From positions 79,838-143,837 of the IMG/VR virus record IMGVR_UViG_3300045988_125079: a stretch of 64,000 nucleotides of DNA, one strand, 5' to 3'. Positions within the stretch are counted from its first letter, which is position 1. Each line of letters starts with the position of its first letter. This DNA is from a virus. The position numbers and the translations under genes were made by a program. The notes below the pieces were generated by a model, which did no database searches, was not told the DNA's origin, and worked only from the letters and a program-made list of their open reading frames with translations. Below, piece by piece: positions 53,719-63,957 of the stretch.

Positions 53719-53985
53719 ATGGCACTTTCTTTTGAGCAGTCCAGACGTATAGTTGCAGAAAATTCAATAATGACGATAGAGGCGTCTATGGAAGCCGCTC
53801 GTCCAGTAGTTGATTCTGATGAAGATGTAGATGAGCTTGCTGTAACGGAACAAACCTTTACCAGAAGCGGCAATTATGCATATCGTGATCATAAGATGCA
53901 TGATTTGTTTTTAAAGAAGAAGCTTGAAGAGAATCAGATTTCGTCAGACGAGTATAAATATATTGTGGTTGGGAAGGAGGTGTAA
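53719..53985 (+). CDS. hypothetical protein (88 aa)
   Basis: AAGGAAGGAG SD. Confidence 0.55.
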   Translation: MALSFEQSRRIVAENSIMTIEASMEAARPVVDSDEDVDELAVTEQTFTRSGNYAYRDHKMHDLFLKKKLEENQISSDEYKYIVVGKEV

Positions 53986-53987
53986 AT

Positions 53988-54632
53988 ATGTATACATTTT
54001 TAATTAACGAGGACAACACGTTAACTGCTAGTGTTGTTGAACGCATCATGCAAAGAAGTAAACTTGTTGATAATCTTCATTTTTTGGCTGACACGACCTA
54101 TAAAGGAATCGATATGTCCAACTACACTGTAATGCTAGAATACGTTCTACCTGTAAGTAAAAATTATAAAACTGAGATTCTACAAAAATCTGCAGAACTG
54201 TACAAGAATAAGTTAGAATAGGTTCTTCCTTTTGATACAGAGTTAACAAGTGAAGTTGGTGATATTGAGATTCAGCTTACCTTTGCAAACACAGAAATGG
54301 ACTCCGAAGGCAGAATCACACAATATGTTCGCAAGGTTGGACCAGGTGTGATTCACGTTGTTTCTATCAATAACTGGTCTGATATGATTCCTGATTCGGC
54401 ACTTAGCTCTTTAGATCAACGACTTCTGGTGATGATTAGTCAGACGAAGGCTTTAAATGACCAAATGAATACTGTCATCAACAACAAAGCAGATGGACTC
54501 AGTTACAAGAATAGTGTTTTACGACTTCTTTCTCAAGGTAATCCGATTGGTAATGCAGTAAAGTTGTCTAGCGATTCTTCGGGAGATTCTTCTGGTGGAC
54601 AAGATGGAACTATCCGGGTGGTTGAATTCTAA
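53988..54632 (+). CDS. tail-module protein (214 aa, in-frame TAG at 54219)
   Basis: Track ORFs 53988..54221 and 54297..54632 share one frame with no other stop between them. Confidence 0.55.
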
Positions 54633-54659
54633 TCACCCTTTTATTTTGGAGGTGATAGA

Positions 54660-55016
54660 ATGGCAACTCACTCAAAACTTGGTTATGGCAACTCTACTGA
54701 TGTAGACAGTGCAATAGAGAATGGTGTGATTGATGGCAAGGACCTTGTCATCACAAAAGATACATCTGAATTCATTTATATTCGTGACGATAAAACAAAA
54801 CAAATCATTCGTCCTAGAGAAAGGTTATTCGACACTGAAAATGCAGCGCTTGTAACGCTAAATGCAGATTCAGATACCTATGCCGGTCAAACCGTGAAGA
54901 TTCTTGGAACCAACGGGAAATATCTTCCTTATATCGTTCAAAAGTCTTCAACGGGTAAATTTATTATTGAACCATTTGCTGCCGAAACAACCGGTTTCGT
55001 GTGGCAAGAATTTTAA
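54660..55016 (+). CDS. tail-module protein (118 aa)
   Basis: GGAGGTG SD. Confidence 0.55.
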   Translation: MATHSKLGYGNSTDVDSAIENGVIDGKDLVITKDTSEFIYIRDDKTKQIIRPRERLFDTENAALVTLNADSDTYAGQTVKILGTNGKYLPYIVQKSSTGKFIIEPFAAETTGFVWQEF

Positions 55017-55037
55017 TGCTATAAGGAGGATTATATT

Positions 55038-56123
55038 ATGGCATCTGTTAAATTTTTGTATGGCACTAAAGCTAATTATGACGCACTGCAGGTAAAGGAT
55101 AATGATACCCTGTATTTCCTGACTGATACTCTGCAGTTCTTTAAGGGTACCAGCGAGTACACTAAGAGCGTGAAGAATGTAAGCGCCCTTCCTTCTTCTG
55201 GACAGATTCAGGGCGTGATCTATTTCCGTATGACTGATTACACCATGCATATCTGGAATGGCACTGAGTTCATTCAGATGAATAAGCAGACTGTAACTCA
55301 GATTCCTGCAAGCGATGCGACCGATGACAATGTGCCTACTACCAAGGCTGTTGCTGATTACGTTAATGCTAAGATTGCATCTGTCGAAGGTATCAAGGGC
55401 AAGTTTGTTACTGATGTCACCTATGATGCTGGTGTTTTGAGCGTTGCAAAAGGTGGCGAGCCTGTTACTACTACTCTGACAGGTGTTGTTCATGAGCCCA
55501 CCTATGATTCTAACACTCGCACAATTAAGCTGCCCGTGTTTGGCGGTGACACTCTGACTATTGCCCTTGGTAAGGATCTGGTTGTTACCAGCGGAACTTA
55601 CAATGCAAAGGATAAAAATATTGAGCTGACCATCACTAGTGGTGACGTAATTAAGATTCCTGTAGGTTCTTTGATTGACATTTATGTTGGTGTTGCAACT
55701 TCTACTGCTGAGGTTGCTGTGTCTTCTGATAATAAGATCAGCGTGAATGTTCGTGTGTCTGCAAAGGCTAACAACTCCATTGTCATTGAAGAGGATGGTC
55801 TTTATGTGGCCGTGCCGGATGCTTACACCAAAGCCGAGATTGATAAGAAGATCAAGGCAATCAACGATGCTGCTACTGCTCATACTGGTGATAAGGTTGC
55901 ACATATTACTGCAGAAGAACGTACTGCATGGAATGCCAAGATTGATGCAACTCAGCTGGCAACTGCAAAGTCCGAAGCAATTTCTGCCGCTGCTGCTGAT
56001 GCAACTAAGAAGGCAGATGCCGCACTGTCTGGTGCTAAGACCTATGCTGACGGTCTTAACACTGCTATGGATACCCGTATGAAGAGTGTCGAAGGTGCGA
56101 TTACCTGGAAGACTATTGCTTAA
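55038..56123 (+). CDS. tail fibre protein (361 aa)
   Basis: AAGGAGGA SD. Fibre-type N-terminus MASVKFLYGTKANYDAL..DTLYFLTDT. Confidence 0.6.
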   Translation: MASVKFLYGTKANYDALQVKDNDTLYFLTDTLQFFKGTSEYTKSVKNVSALPSSGQIQGVIYFRMTDYTMHIWNGTEFIQMNKQTVTQIPASDATDDNVPTTKAVADYVNAKIASVEGIKGKFVTDVTYDAGVLSVAKGGEPVTTTLTGVVHEPTYDSNTRTIKLPVFGGDTLTIALGKDLVVTSGTYNAKDKNIELTITSGDVIKIPVGSLIDIYVGVATSTAEVAVSSDNKISVNVRVSAKANNSIVIEEDGLYVAVPDAYTKAEIDKKIKAINDAATAHTGDKVAHITAEERTAWNAKIDATQLATAKSEAISAAAADATKKADAALSGAKTYADGLNTAMDTRMKSVEGAITWKTIA

Positions 56124-56196
56124 TTAAACTTACATTACCTGCCATGTCAATTTTGATGTGGCAGGCTTATTTTTTTATATCGAAAAGGAGTATACG

Positions 56197-57378
56197 ATGT
56201 CAAAGTTATCGTTATTAGAGATAGCACAGTCTCAACTCGACACGACTCCAGTGGTTGATGGACAATTGATTGTCTGCCTTGACACCGGAAACGCCTATCG
56301 AGACAATTCTGTAGCTCATGTAAAAATCGGCAACGATTTAGAGGTTGTGAGTGAACTTCCTTTGGCTCCTCTCGCCGAAAAACTTTATTACTTAAAGCCG
56401 GATAAACTGTATTTAAACCTCGGCGGCAACTAGGTTTTATTAAATGAGCGTTCTGTTATTCAAGATAATCTCACTTCAGATAGTTCAACAAATTCTTTGA
56501 GTGCAAAACAAGGCAAGGTATTAAAGAATTTGATTGACAAGAAACCAGACGAAATGAAGCTCTACCCAATCACGATTCCTGCAGAAGGATGGAAATCCGA
56601 TGGTTCGATATCGTATCCATATTATATCGATCTTCAAATTTCTGGTATTAAGGAATCCGATTGTATTGCAGTTACGATTTCACCAGAAGATATTGACGTT
56701 GCTAAAGCAGCTTATTTTACAACAACAGAAGCAAAAAATAATGTACTAAGACTTCGTGCAAAATATACTCCCCAAAAAGAAATTAGTGCTTTTTATTATT
56801 TTGTACGTGAAGATGTCGTGAAAGCTTTCGGGTTAGAAACTTTAAATGTAAATCCTTATACTCTTCCACCTGCAACAAAGAGTGAACTTGGCGGTGTGAT
56901 TGTTGGCAATGGTTTATCTATAACTAATGCAGGCCGTTTATCTGTTTCGTTTACTTATAAAGATATTATGCTATTAGCGTATCCTGTCGGAAGTGCATTC
57001 TTTACTATCAAGGATGATAACCCAGCGGAGCTATTTGGCGGTACGTAGAAAAAAATTGCAGAAAATAGAGCTATCATGGGAGCATCTGGTACCCATGCAG
57101 CAGGCAGCACAATGGAAGCCGGTCTGCCAGATCTTAATTTAGATTTATTGTATCGGCAAGATGCAACTTCATCTGGTTCGTATGATAGTAAATATGGTCA
57201 TGACGGTATGACTGTATCATGGAGTAATACGAGTGGAACGGACGAGTATATGCAAAGTATAAGTAACAGCTATACTAACGCTCCATTAGGATTGGAAATC
57301 GGAAATCCTATCTATGGACGCAGCAGTACCGTGCAGCCACCAGCTTATTATATGAACATTTGGCTTCGTACAGCTTAA
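56197..57378 (+). CDS. tail fibre/receptor-binding protein (393 aa, in-frame TAGs at 56431 and 57046)
   Basis: ATG at 56197 after AAAGGAG. LPPATKSELGGVIVG fibre repeat. The C-terminal AYPVGS...ELFGGT-TAG-KKI...GRSSTVQPPAYYMNIWLRTA domain is present. Confidence 0.65.
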
Positions 57379-57397
57379 TAAAGGAGGTAATTTATAT

Positions 57398-58375
57398 ATG
57401 GCATTTGGTCCAGTATCAATCGGAGGTAGTTCATACGTATTACCTCCTGCAACTGCCGACACACTTGGTGGTGTGGTCATTGGCGATAATTTAACTGTAG
57501 ATGAACAAGGAAAGGTTAATTTGCCTGTTGCCGCCGCGACCACGCTGGGCGGTATTAAATTAGGAAAGGGTTTGAAAATCAGTGCGGATGGTACGGCATC
57601 AATTGACGCTTATAATACAGCTGAAACAGACGCCATGCTAGATGAGCTGCAGGAACAGGTGTCAAAGATGGGGGCAAGCGGCCAGCCTATCGCGGTGTGG
57701 AGCGGGTATAAATCTTTCAGTAGCTTACATCTTCATACATTCAATATTCCAGACTCGGTTGATTATATCGTCGTAAAAAAAGATCCAAGTATGGATGTGT
57801 CTCAAGTTATCGTCCCCCGTGGAAAAAGCGGTGTAATGGGGTATTTCAGCGTCGACTTCTCAGATAGCAAAACCCTTAAGCTATATGCTGACAGTCCTTC
57901 AGGACATACTCTGTACTTTGTAGGATACCACTACCTGACTGCAGCTGATGGCGTGAAATTTCCATATGCTGTCAATACAAAATCGTTTGAAGTTAACCAA
58001 TATTATGGAACATCTTTTACCGTAGATGCTAACGTCGATTACATCGTAATGGAGTGGACTACAGAACAAAACACAAGTAACAACAGTGATTCTGTTACAG
58101 TGCGCGCCAGATATTCAGAGATTATCGTGAGAGGAACTCTTGATAATGCTACGGACAGCTTTTCAAGCTCTGGTACGGTTAAAATCTGGTCAAATGGCGG
58201 CAAATACGTCAATATCACCATGTACCACTACGCAACGCCCGAGGAACTGAACAATAGACTCATCGCTGCAGAATCCGCACAGGCCGACGCCGACGCGCTG
58301 AACCTTGACCAGGACTACCGCCTGACTCTCTTAGAGCTGGGCGCTTCAGAATCTGAAAACGAAAAGATGGAATAA
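57398..58375 (+). CDS. tail fibre protein (325 aa)
   Basis: AAAGGAGG SD. LPPATADTLGGVVIG and TTLGGIKLG repeats. Confidence 0.6.
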   Translation: MAFGPVSIGGSSYVLPPATADTLGGVVIGDNLTVDEQGKVNLPVAAATTLGGIKLGKGLKISADGTASIDAYNTAETDAMLDELQEQVSKMGASGQPIAVWSGYKSFSSLHLHTFNIPDSVDYIVVKKDPSMDVSQVIVPRGKSGVMGYFSVDFSDSKTLKLYADSPSGHTLYFVGYHYLTAADGVKFPYAVNTKSFEVNQYYGTSFTVDANVDYIVMEWTTEQNTSNNSDSVTVRARYSEIIVRGTLDNATDSFSSSGTVKIWSNGGKYVNITMYHYATPEELNNRLIAAESAQADADALNLDQDYRLTLLELGASESENEKME

Positions 58376-58393
58376 CAAAATGGAGATTAGTAT

Positions 58394-58921
58394 ATGAGTA
58401 TTTATGAATTATGTAAAAGCGTAATTGCTTCTGGTAAAACAAACGGGTTGACTGAAAAGCTCGATACTTTTTATTTGGCGGGCAAATTGACAAAAGACGA
58501 GTATACAGAGCTCACAGAGAGTAACCCTGAAAACACATTGGAACTAAGTAAGAACAAAAAGGTCGAAAAATCTAAAACCGCGCTCGCTACATATCTTGCC
58601 GAGCATCCGTTGCAGTAGGTTGATGGCAAGTATTATAGCGTAACAAGTGAAAAACAAACTCTTCTTACTTCCAATCTAGCTCTGTACCAACTTGCCGTCG
58701 CAAGTAATCAGCCTTTTGTCTTAAAATGGAACACTACTGGTGATGAATGTACCGAGTGGACCTATGAAAATCTGGCCGCACTGGCTCTTGCAATCGGAAC
58801 TTATGTGCAGCCTTTTGTATCTCGGCAGCAGGAACTTGAGCTTGCTATTAAAGCATGTAAGTCACTGGAACAGGTCAACGCTGTTAATATTACGTATGAT
58901 GATGTCGGTCAGGTGAGTTAA
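58394..58921 (+). CDS. fibre-associated protein (175 aa, in-frame TAG at 58616)
   Basis: The frame continues 100 codons past the TAG to a TAA 3 nt before the next ATG. Confidence 0.55.
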
Positions 58922-58924
58922 TAT

Positions 58925-59350
58925 ATGTCGATTCGACAAAAAGAATACTTAAAATGCGCCATTCTCTGGTTGATCGGAGGGGTGCTTTATTATTGCATCG
59001 AGATTTTATGGCGAGGTCATTCACACTGGACAATGGCTGTTGTAGGTGGTACTTGCTTTGTGGTCATCGGAGGCTTGAACAATTATATTCCATGGGAAAT
59101 GGCGTTGCATAATCAGGCAGTTATTGGCGCATTGTTCGTAACTGCAATGGAACTTGTCGTGGGTATCCCGCTGAACTTGATGCTGGGGTTACACATTTGG
59201 GACTACTCTTCCCTGCCCTTCAATCTGCTAGGTCAAATCTGCCTGCCATTTACAGTGCTATAGTTCTTTTTAGCTTTATTATGCATTTTCATCGATGACT
59301 GGTTAAGGTACATTCTTTTCAAGGAAGAACGTCCACACTATCACTGGTAA
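58925..59350 (+). CDS. polytopic membrane protein (141 aa, in-frame TAG at 59261)
   Basis: Hydrophobic helices continue across the TAG (..PFTVL-TAG-FFLALLCIF..). A terminator follows. Confidence 0.55.
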
Positions 59351-59354
59351 TAGA

Positions 59355-59396
59355 AAAGACCCAGAGTTGTTATACTCCAGGTCTTTCCTTTTTATT
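59355..59396 (+). terminator. rho-independent terminator
   Basis: Imperfect 12-bp hairpin followed by CCUUUUUAUU. Confidence 0.5.
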
Positions 59397-59488
59397 GTCA
59401 TTCTCTTCCTGCTCGATGAAGGGATAAGACAATTTTAATATACCATATTGTCGAATTTTGTCAATAGAATCGAGGTGATGAAAGTTAA

Positions 59489-59971
59489 ATGGAAGAGATT
59501 CTTGATTTTTGTTTAAATCATCTTGGATCTGTTATGGCTGGTAGTAGTGGTTTGATTGTCGCAGTTATGTCTATTATTCAAGTATCGAAAATCGAAATCA
59601 ATCCGTAGTCTTGGATAGCCACCCAATTGGGTAACGCTCTTAACGCTGGTGTAATGAAAGAAATTAAAGATATCAAAACAGAACAGGAAGAAACTAGAAA
59701 GAAGCTTGACGCACACATTGAAGAAGGTGAAGAACGTAAAGCGGATAATTATCGTAGCCGTGTTCTTCGTTTCAATAATGAGCTTGTCAGAGGACTTGGA
59801 CATACTGAAGAGGACTACGATGAGATTCTTGATGTTATTTGGAAATACAATGAATATTGTAAAACGCACCCCAAGTATAAAAATAATAAGATGCCACATG
59901 CCATCAAGAATGTGGAGCGTATGTACGATGAAATGCTGCACACGAATGGATTCTTAAAAACAGAAGAATAA
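59489..59971 (+). CDS. membrane-anchored lysis-region protein (160 aa, in-frame TAG at 59606)
   Basis: ATG after GAGGTGATG. N-terminal TM helix, then ..KIEINP-TAG-SWIATQLG.. in frame with track ORF 59627..59971. Confidence 0.55.
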
Positions 59972-60036
59972 ACACATGAATCGTTGACCCGGTTGGCTTA
60001 GTGCCACCGGGTCTTTTATTTATCAGGAGGTATATT

Positions 60037-60357
60037 ATGATGGATTATATGAATCAGATTATTTCTGTTGTTGTCAAACTGGTTATCACTGGTGCAGGCA
60101 CTGCTTTTATCGCCTATGGGATTCCTTACCTGAAGCAGATCGGTATGTATAAGATTGTCCAGATGGCTGTCCGTGCAGCTGAAAAGCTTGGCCTTACTGG
60201 AGCGATCAAGAAAGCCGATAAGAAGAAGTACGTTATTACTATTCTGGAGAAGATGGGTGTAAAGGTAACTCCTGTTATTGAGATGATGATTGAAGCTGCC
60301 GTTAAAGAGCTGGACATTCAGAACGAAAAAATTGAAACCGAACTCAAGAAGGATTGA
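60037..60357 (+). CDS. holin-like small membrane protein (106 aa)
   Basis: ATG after AGGAGG. One N-terminal TM helix plus a charged C-terminus. Lies immediately upstream of the endolysin. Confidence 0.55.
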   Translation: MMDYMNQIISVVVKLVITGAGTAFIAYGIPYLKQIGMYKIVQMAVRAAEKLGLTGAIKKADKKKYVITILEKMGVKVTPVIEMMIEAAVKELDIQNEKIETELKKD

Positions 60358-60369
60358 AGGTGTGGCTCT

Positions 60370-61017
60370 ATGAGCATTATTACATATTCTATGAAGAAGG
60401 ACTGGAATAAAAAGCTGTCCAAGAACTTCTGCGCCTATGAGTTTGCTTGCAATGACCGGAGCGACGAATTCAAGGTGGCAACTGAGCTGGTGGAAACTCT
60501 GCAGCAGATTCGTGACCACTTTGGAAAGCCGGTTCTGATTAGTTCTGCCTACCGTACTCCTGCATATAACATTTCAATCGGTGGCAGTTCTCGCAGTCAG
60601 CATTGTCTGGGCACGGCAGCGGATATTCACATCGCTGGTATTGATCCAATTCGTATTGCACTATACGTAGCCTCCCTCCCCTACTTCCAGAAACATGGCG
60701 GTATTGGCTATTATAGTCGTGCACAAGTGACGGGCGGCTTTGTTCATGTCGATGTACGTGAGACTCCTAGCCGTTGGATCAGTAAAAGTGGCACAGCATA
60801 TCAGGTCGTGAGTAAAATCATGCCTACGATTCGTCAGGGCTCTAAGGATTGCACTAGTGGCGTGTCTTATGCTGTGACCGTATTGCAGCGGCATTTAGGC
60901 TTGAAGGCAGATGGCGTCTTTGGCGCTGGCACAAAAGCTAAGCTAGTGGAATGGCAGAAAGCACATGGATTGGCGGCTGACGGCATCTGCGGAATGGCAA
61001 CATGGGGTTCGTTTTAA
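60370..61017 (+). CDS. endolysin: M15-type peptidase domain plus C-terminal peptidoglycan-binding repeat (215 aa)
   Basis: SAYRTP..N...GGS..SQH..G.AADI and HVD metal-site pattern. C-terminal LQRHLGLKADGVFGAGT...GLAADGICG (PG_binding_1-like). Confidence 0.7.
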   Translation: MSIITYSMKKDWNKKLSKNFCAYEFACNDRSDEFKVATELVETLQQIRDHFGKPVLISSAYRTPAYNISIGGSSRSQHCLGTAADIHIAGIDPIRIALYVASLPYFQKHGGIGYYSRAQVTGGFVHVDVRETPSRWISKSGTAYQVVSKIMPTIRQGSKDCTSGVSYAVTVLQRHLGLKADGVFGAGTKAKLVEWQKAHGLAADGICGMATWGSF

Positions 61018-61253
61018 TGGCAAGTAACCAGAACACATTGCGTGCAGGAGACAAAATTAAATTAGACGGAGTATTATTTTCAAACAGCCAGACTCACTGC
61101 GGTATGCGCCGCAGCGGTGAGTAGTTCATCTACGATGGGAAACTAGTCAATGGACGCTATCGAGTGACAAATCTTGAAAGCCGAATTGGCAAGTATCCAA
61201 TTTCGATAAATGTGTCGGGTTATGTCGAACCGAGCGATATTGAACTAGTATAA
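61017..61253 (+). CDS. small SH3-like protein (78 aa, in-frame TAG at 61122)
   Basis: TAATG-coupled start. The frame stays open through the TAG to a TAA just before the terminator. Confidence 0.45.
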
Positions 61254-61258
61254 AAACG

Positions 61259-61300
61259 AATGGGGTATTGTTCCTTAACTGGACCAGTACCCCATTTTTT
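61259..61300. terminator. terminator between convergent blocks
   Basis: Stem AUGGGGUA/UACCCCAU followed by a run of six T. Confidence 0.6.
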
Positions 61301-61305
61301 AGCGT

Positions 61306-61464
61306 TTATTTCTTTTCAGCGTAACTACAGAAATCGTCAGGTTTGGTATATATAGGTCTGGAATCATCTAGCGTGAAGTGAGCACAGCTACATAGATTTC
61401 CCTGTTTGTCCCATGCGTTCCAAAGATCGCAGTCCTTACAACAAATCACTTCTATTTTATTCAT
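61306..61464 (-). CDS. small Cys-rich protein (52 aa)
   Basis: ATGA-coupled to the upstream gene. CCKDCD...CSC...C pattern. Below the track cutoff. Confidence 0.45.
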   Translation of the reverse strand: MNKIEVICCKDCDLWNAWDKQGNLCSCAHFTLDDSRPIYTKPDDFCSYAEKK

Positions 61465-61688
61465 TTTATTTCCTCAGACAGCCATTCCTTCCATCCGCTC
61501 ACTGTATTTGGGCAGTTATCCTGCTGTGCAACGAGCTCATTTAAGAACGCGGCCATTTCTTCATCTGACAGCTCGCGGATGGCTTGTGCTTTATTATTTT
61601 TACGACCAAATTCATCCCGGCTATGTTTGTGCAGAACGAAGCCGAGTGCGATATCAAGGATTGCTGGATTATTCATTGGAGTTGTCAT
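61461..61688 (-). CDS. hypothetical protein (75 aa)
   Basis: ORF in the co-directional right-arm operon with a TGA stop. Confidence 0.55.
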   Translation of the reverse strand: MTTPMNNPAILDIALGFVLHKHSRDEFGRKNNKAQAIRELSDEEMAAFLNELVAQQDNCPNTVSGWKEWLSEEIK

Positions 61689-62262
61689 CTCCTAATATTT
61701 TATTGATTTCTTCTAACCGAGCAAGAAGTTTTTCTCTTTCGATAATAAGACTTTTATAGTCTTGAATTTTGTCATCTTGTATTGTTTTATAAGTGACACC
61801 ATCCGGTAACTCGCTGTCTAATAAAGTCTCCGGGACATTATAAACGGTAGCGATTGCACCTGCTGGAATAATCGTTATATAGTTTGCCCGGCTTCCTCCA
61901 CTGGTTGGTTTTCCCTCTGTAAAAATAACATCCTCGCCAACCATTGCGCCAGTATCACGCCCTCGTGCTCGTGCGATTTCTTTTTGGAATATTAAAATAG
62001 GAGCACAAGAGTTGCTGCGACACTCTTCATCAAAATGGAGCTCTACTGTCACGTATTTTATATCCTCTGGTAAATCGCATTCGCCATAGACCTGACGCAT
62101 CATATTTCGTGCCAGATCAATATGCTCTGCTGGAATTTGCCATACCTTTTTTGATGGATTCCAACGTGCCGCACCAATTGTTTTTATTTTGCTGATAAAC
62201 TCTGTGTTATATGGAGATTCTATATATGCGAGCGTCTTATCATCATTAAGTGTGATTTTCAT
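61669..62262 (-). CDS. hypothetical protein (197 aa)
   Basis: ATGA-coupled start. The N-terminal ..IKTIGAARWNPSKKVWQIP.. motif is of a kind seen in phage replication-associated proteins. Confidence 0.55.
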   Translation of the reverse strand: MKITLNDDKTLAYIESPYNTEFISKIKTIGAARWNPSKKVWQIPAEHIDLARNMMRQVYGECDLPEDIKYVTVELHFDEECRSNSCAPILIFQKEIARARGRDTGAMVGEDVIFTEGKPTSGGSRANYITIIPAGAIATVYNVPETLLDSELPDGVTYKTIQDDKIQDYKSLIIEREKLLARLEEINKILGDDNSNE

Positions 62263-63302
62263 TGTTCCACCTTGTGAAATACAATAGGAGCGTCTTCTGG
62301 GTCAGCTGCAACCGCCATAGGAGACAACCATTTTAATATGAGTTTTCTCTCTTTCGGTTTTGCTTTAGGTCCAGTCCAAAAATGATGCCAATGACCACGA
62401 CGCATATGAGGGCGTGGACTTGCATGACTGCCATTTTTATTTTGATTCTCTGTGTTTCTTAATTTTTCCGTTTCTTCATATAAACGAATAGCGGACCCAG
62501 TACGGAAACCAACATCCCACTTACGAATCTCAGAATATTTATCTTTAATGATTACCCCGCGTTTTGTGATAGCTTTTTGTTCTTCATCAGGGGCGATTTC
62601 TGCGTTTTGAGCTAAAATATAGAGGACAATTTGCATAACTTGTTTTATAAATGTAATCGTCTCACTATCTTTTGCAGGATCTGATTTGGCATACTCTTCA
62701 AGTTCTTTATCTCCTTTAGCGTATGCGACAAGCTGATCGTTTAGTTTTTTAATACTTTTTTCAATAGATCCAGCATCAAGATCAATTGGATAGCTGAAAA
62801 CATCTTCCTTTTCAGAAAGAAATGTCAGTTTTAAATCGCGTTCTTTTAACTTAATATTATAATCAAGAGACACAAAGAAACCATGAATTTTTTCACTATC
62901 AAAATAAGTGTTTGGTAGTTCAATATAAAAGCATTGATATGGAAGATGAAGTAAAATATCAGTAGGAATCTCCACATCGTCTTTCTGCTCAAAGAGAAGA
63001 TCCTTTATTTTTTCATCTATAATATAAACTTCTTTACTGAGACGCCACGGAGCCAGAACGGAAATTAGTTGCGCACACGATACAACTGCACCTTTCTGCT
63101 TTGGGGTAAGCATGTTAAGATTATTTCCATCAGAAGCAATTGTTAGTGCTGCTTCAATTGGCGCGTAGCACCAATCAGGCCAATTCGCATAACTTGATGT
63201 TCCATTCATATTATGGAACTCTTCCATCTCTTTCCAAATAACAGGATACAGTTTGGTAAGATAGTTAATCATTTTAAGCGGAAGATAAACATTTTGTTTC
63301 AT
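62259..63302 (-). CDS. hypothetical protein (347 aa)
   Basis: Long ORF with a TGA stop. No domain recognised. Confidence 0.6.
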   Translation of the reverse strand: MKQNVYLPLKMINYLTKLYPVIWKEMEEFHNMNGTSSYANWPDWCYAPIEAALTIASDGNNLNMLTPKQKGAVVSCAQLISVLAPWRLSKEVYIIDEKIKDLLFEQKDDVEIPTDILLHLPYQCFYIELPNTYFDSEKIHGFFVSLDYNIKLKERDLKLTFLSEKEDVFSYPIDLDAGSIEKSIKKLNDQLVAYAKGDKELEEYAKSDPAKDSETITFIKQVMQIVLYILAQNAEIAPDEEQKAITKRGVIIKDKYSEIRKWDVGFRTGSAIRLYEETEKLRNTENQNKNGSHASPRPHMRRGHWHHFWTGPKAKPKERKLILKWLSPMAVAADPEDAPIVFHKVEQ

Positions 63303-63314
63303 GATATTTATACC

Positions 63315-63668
63315 TTATACATTCTCTTTTGCGGATAACATAATTTTATGACGGAATCCATCATTAAAGAGAGCACCTTCCCACCATTTATGCAGCCCAG
63401 AATTTTTAAGTTCTTCGATATCTACATAACCAGCGCATCCAGTAAGCTTATCATAGATTGCGCATAGTCGAACGACTCTATTAGGTTCCAACCCAATTTC
63501 GCGAGTTGTACGGCCATATTCGTCAAACTGATCTTCACACAACCATTCTAGTGCGTCAATAAAATTTTCTACAGTAATGGAGGAATGTTCTTTCCAATTA
63601 TTAAAAATTCTACTGTTTCCAGCCAACACAATTTTCTTTTTGATTTCAAAATTTGTTGATTGTTTCAT
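63315..63668 (-). CDS. hypothetical protein (117 aa)
   Basis: ATG at 63668 after GGAGGTG. First gene of the right arm. Confidence 0.55.
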   Translation of the reverse strand: MKQSTNFEIKKKIVLAGNSRIFNNWKEHSSITVENFIDALEWLCEDQFDEYGRTTREIGLEPNRVVRLCAIYDKLTGCAGYVDIEELKNSGLHKWWEGALFNDGFRHKIMLSAKENV

Positions 63669-63740
63669 TGCAGGACACCTCCAATTTGCTTTAATAATAT
63701 TGTAGCACATCTTGTAGCGCTGTTCAAGAAAAGTAAATGA

Positions 63741-63770
63741 AAAGGCGCAGGTTGCCCCGCGCCTTTAAAA
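63741..63770 (-). terminator. terminator-like hairpin in the leader of the right-arm operon
   Basis: Stem AAAGGCGC/GCGCCUUU followed by UUUUCAUUU on the minus strand. Lies between the promoter and the first gene. Confidence 0.45.
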
Positions 63771-63957
63771 GTACATCGTTTCAAATGCGATTTTCAATTT
63801 TAAGAGCAAGCTAAGATTGTCACATCGGAGCTCTTTGGTTTAAGACTCAAAATCGGATTTGATGGCGTAACGAGTAAATTGGTGTAGTAGTGGTGTAGTA
63901 ACAGTCGTTTCTGCCAATGTTTTATCGCTGTTACGTTATTTTTGAAAAATTGGTTTT

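Noticed and set aside
6862-61253. TAG decoded as Gln (genetic code 15), as in known recoded gut phages.
   Set aside because: I considered this first because of the precedent. However, TAG falls at positions that look like conserved Trp (FGGTW, NPWSW, GGNWV, the W-N-K-I repeat register). This is disfavoured rather than excluded, and it needs alignment-based inference.
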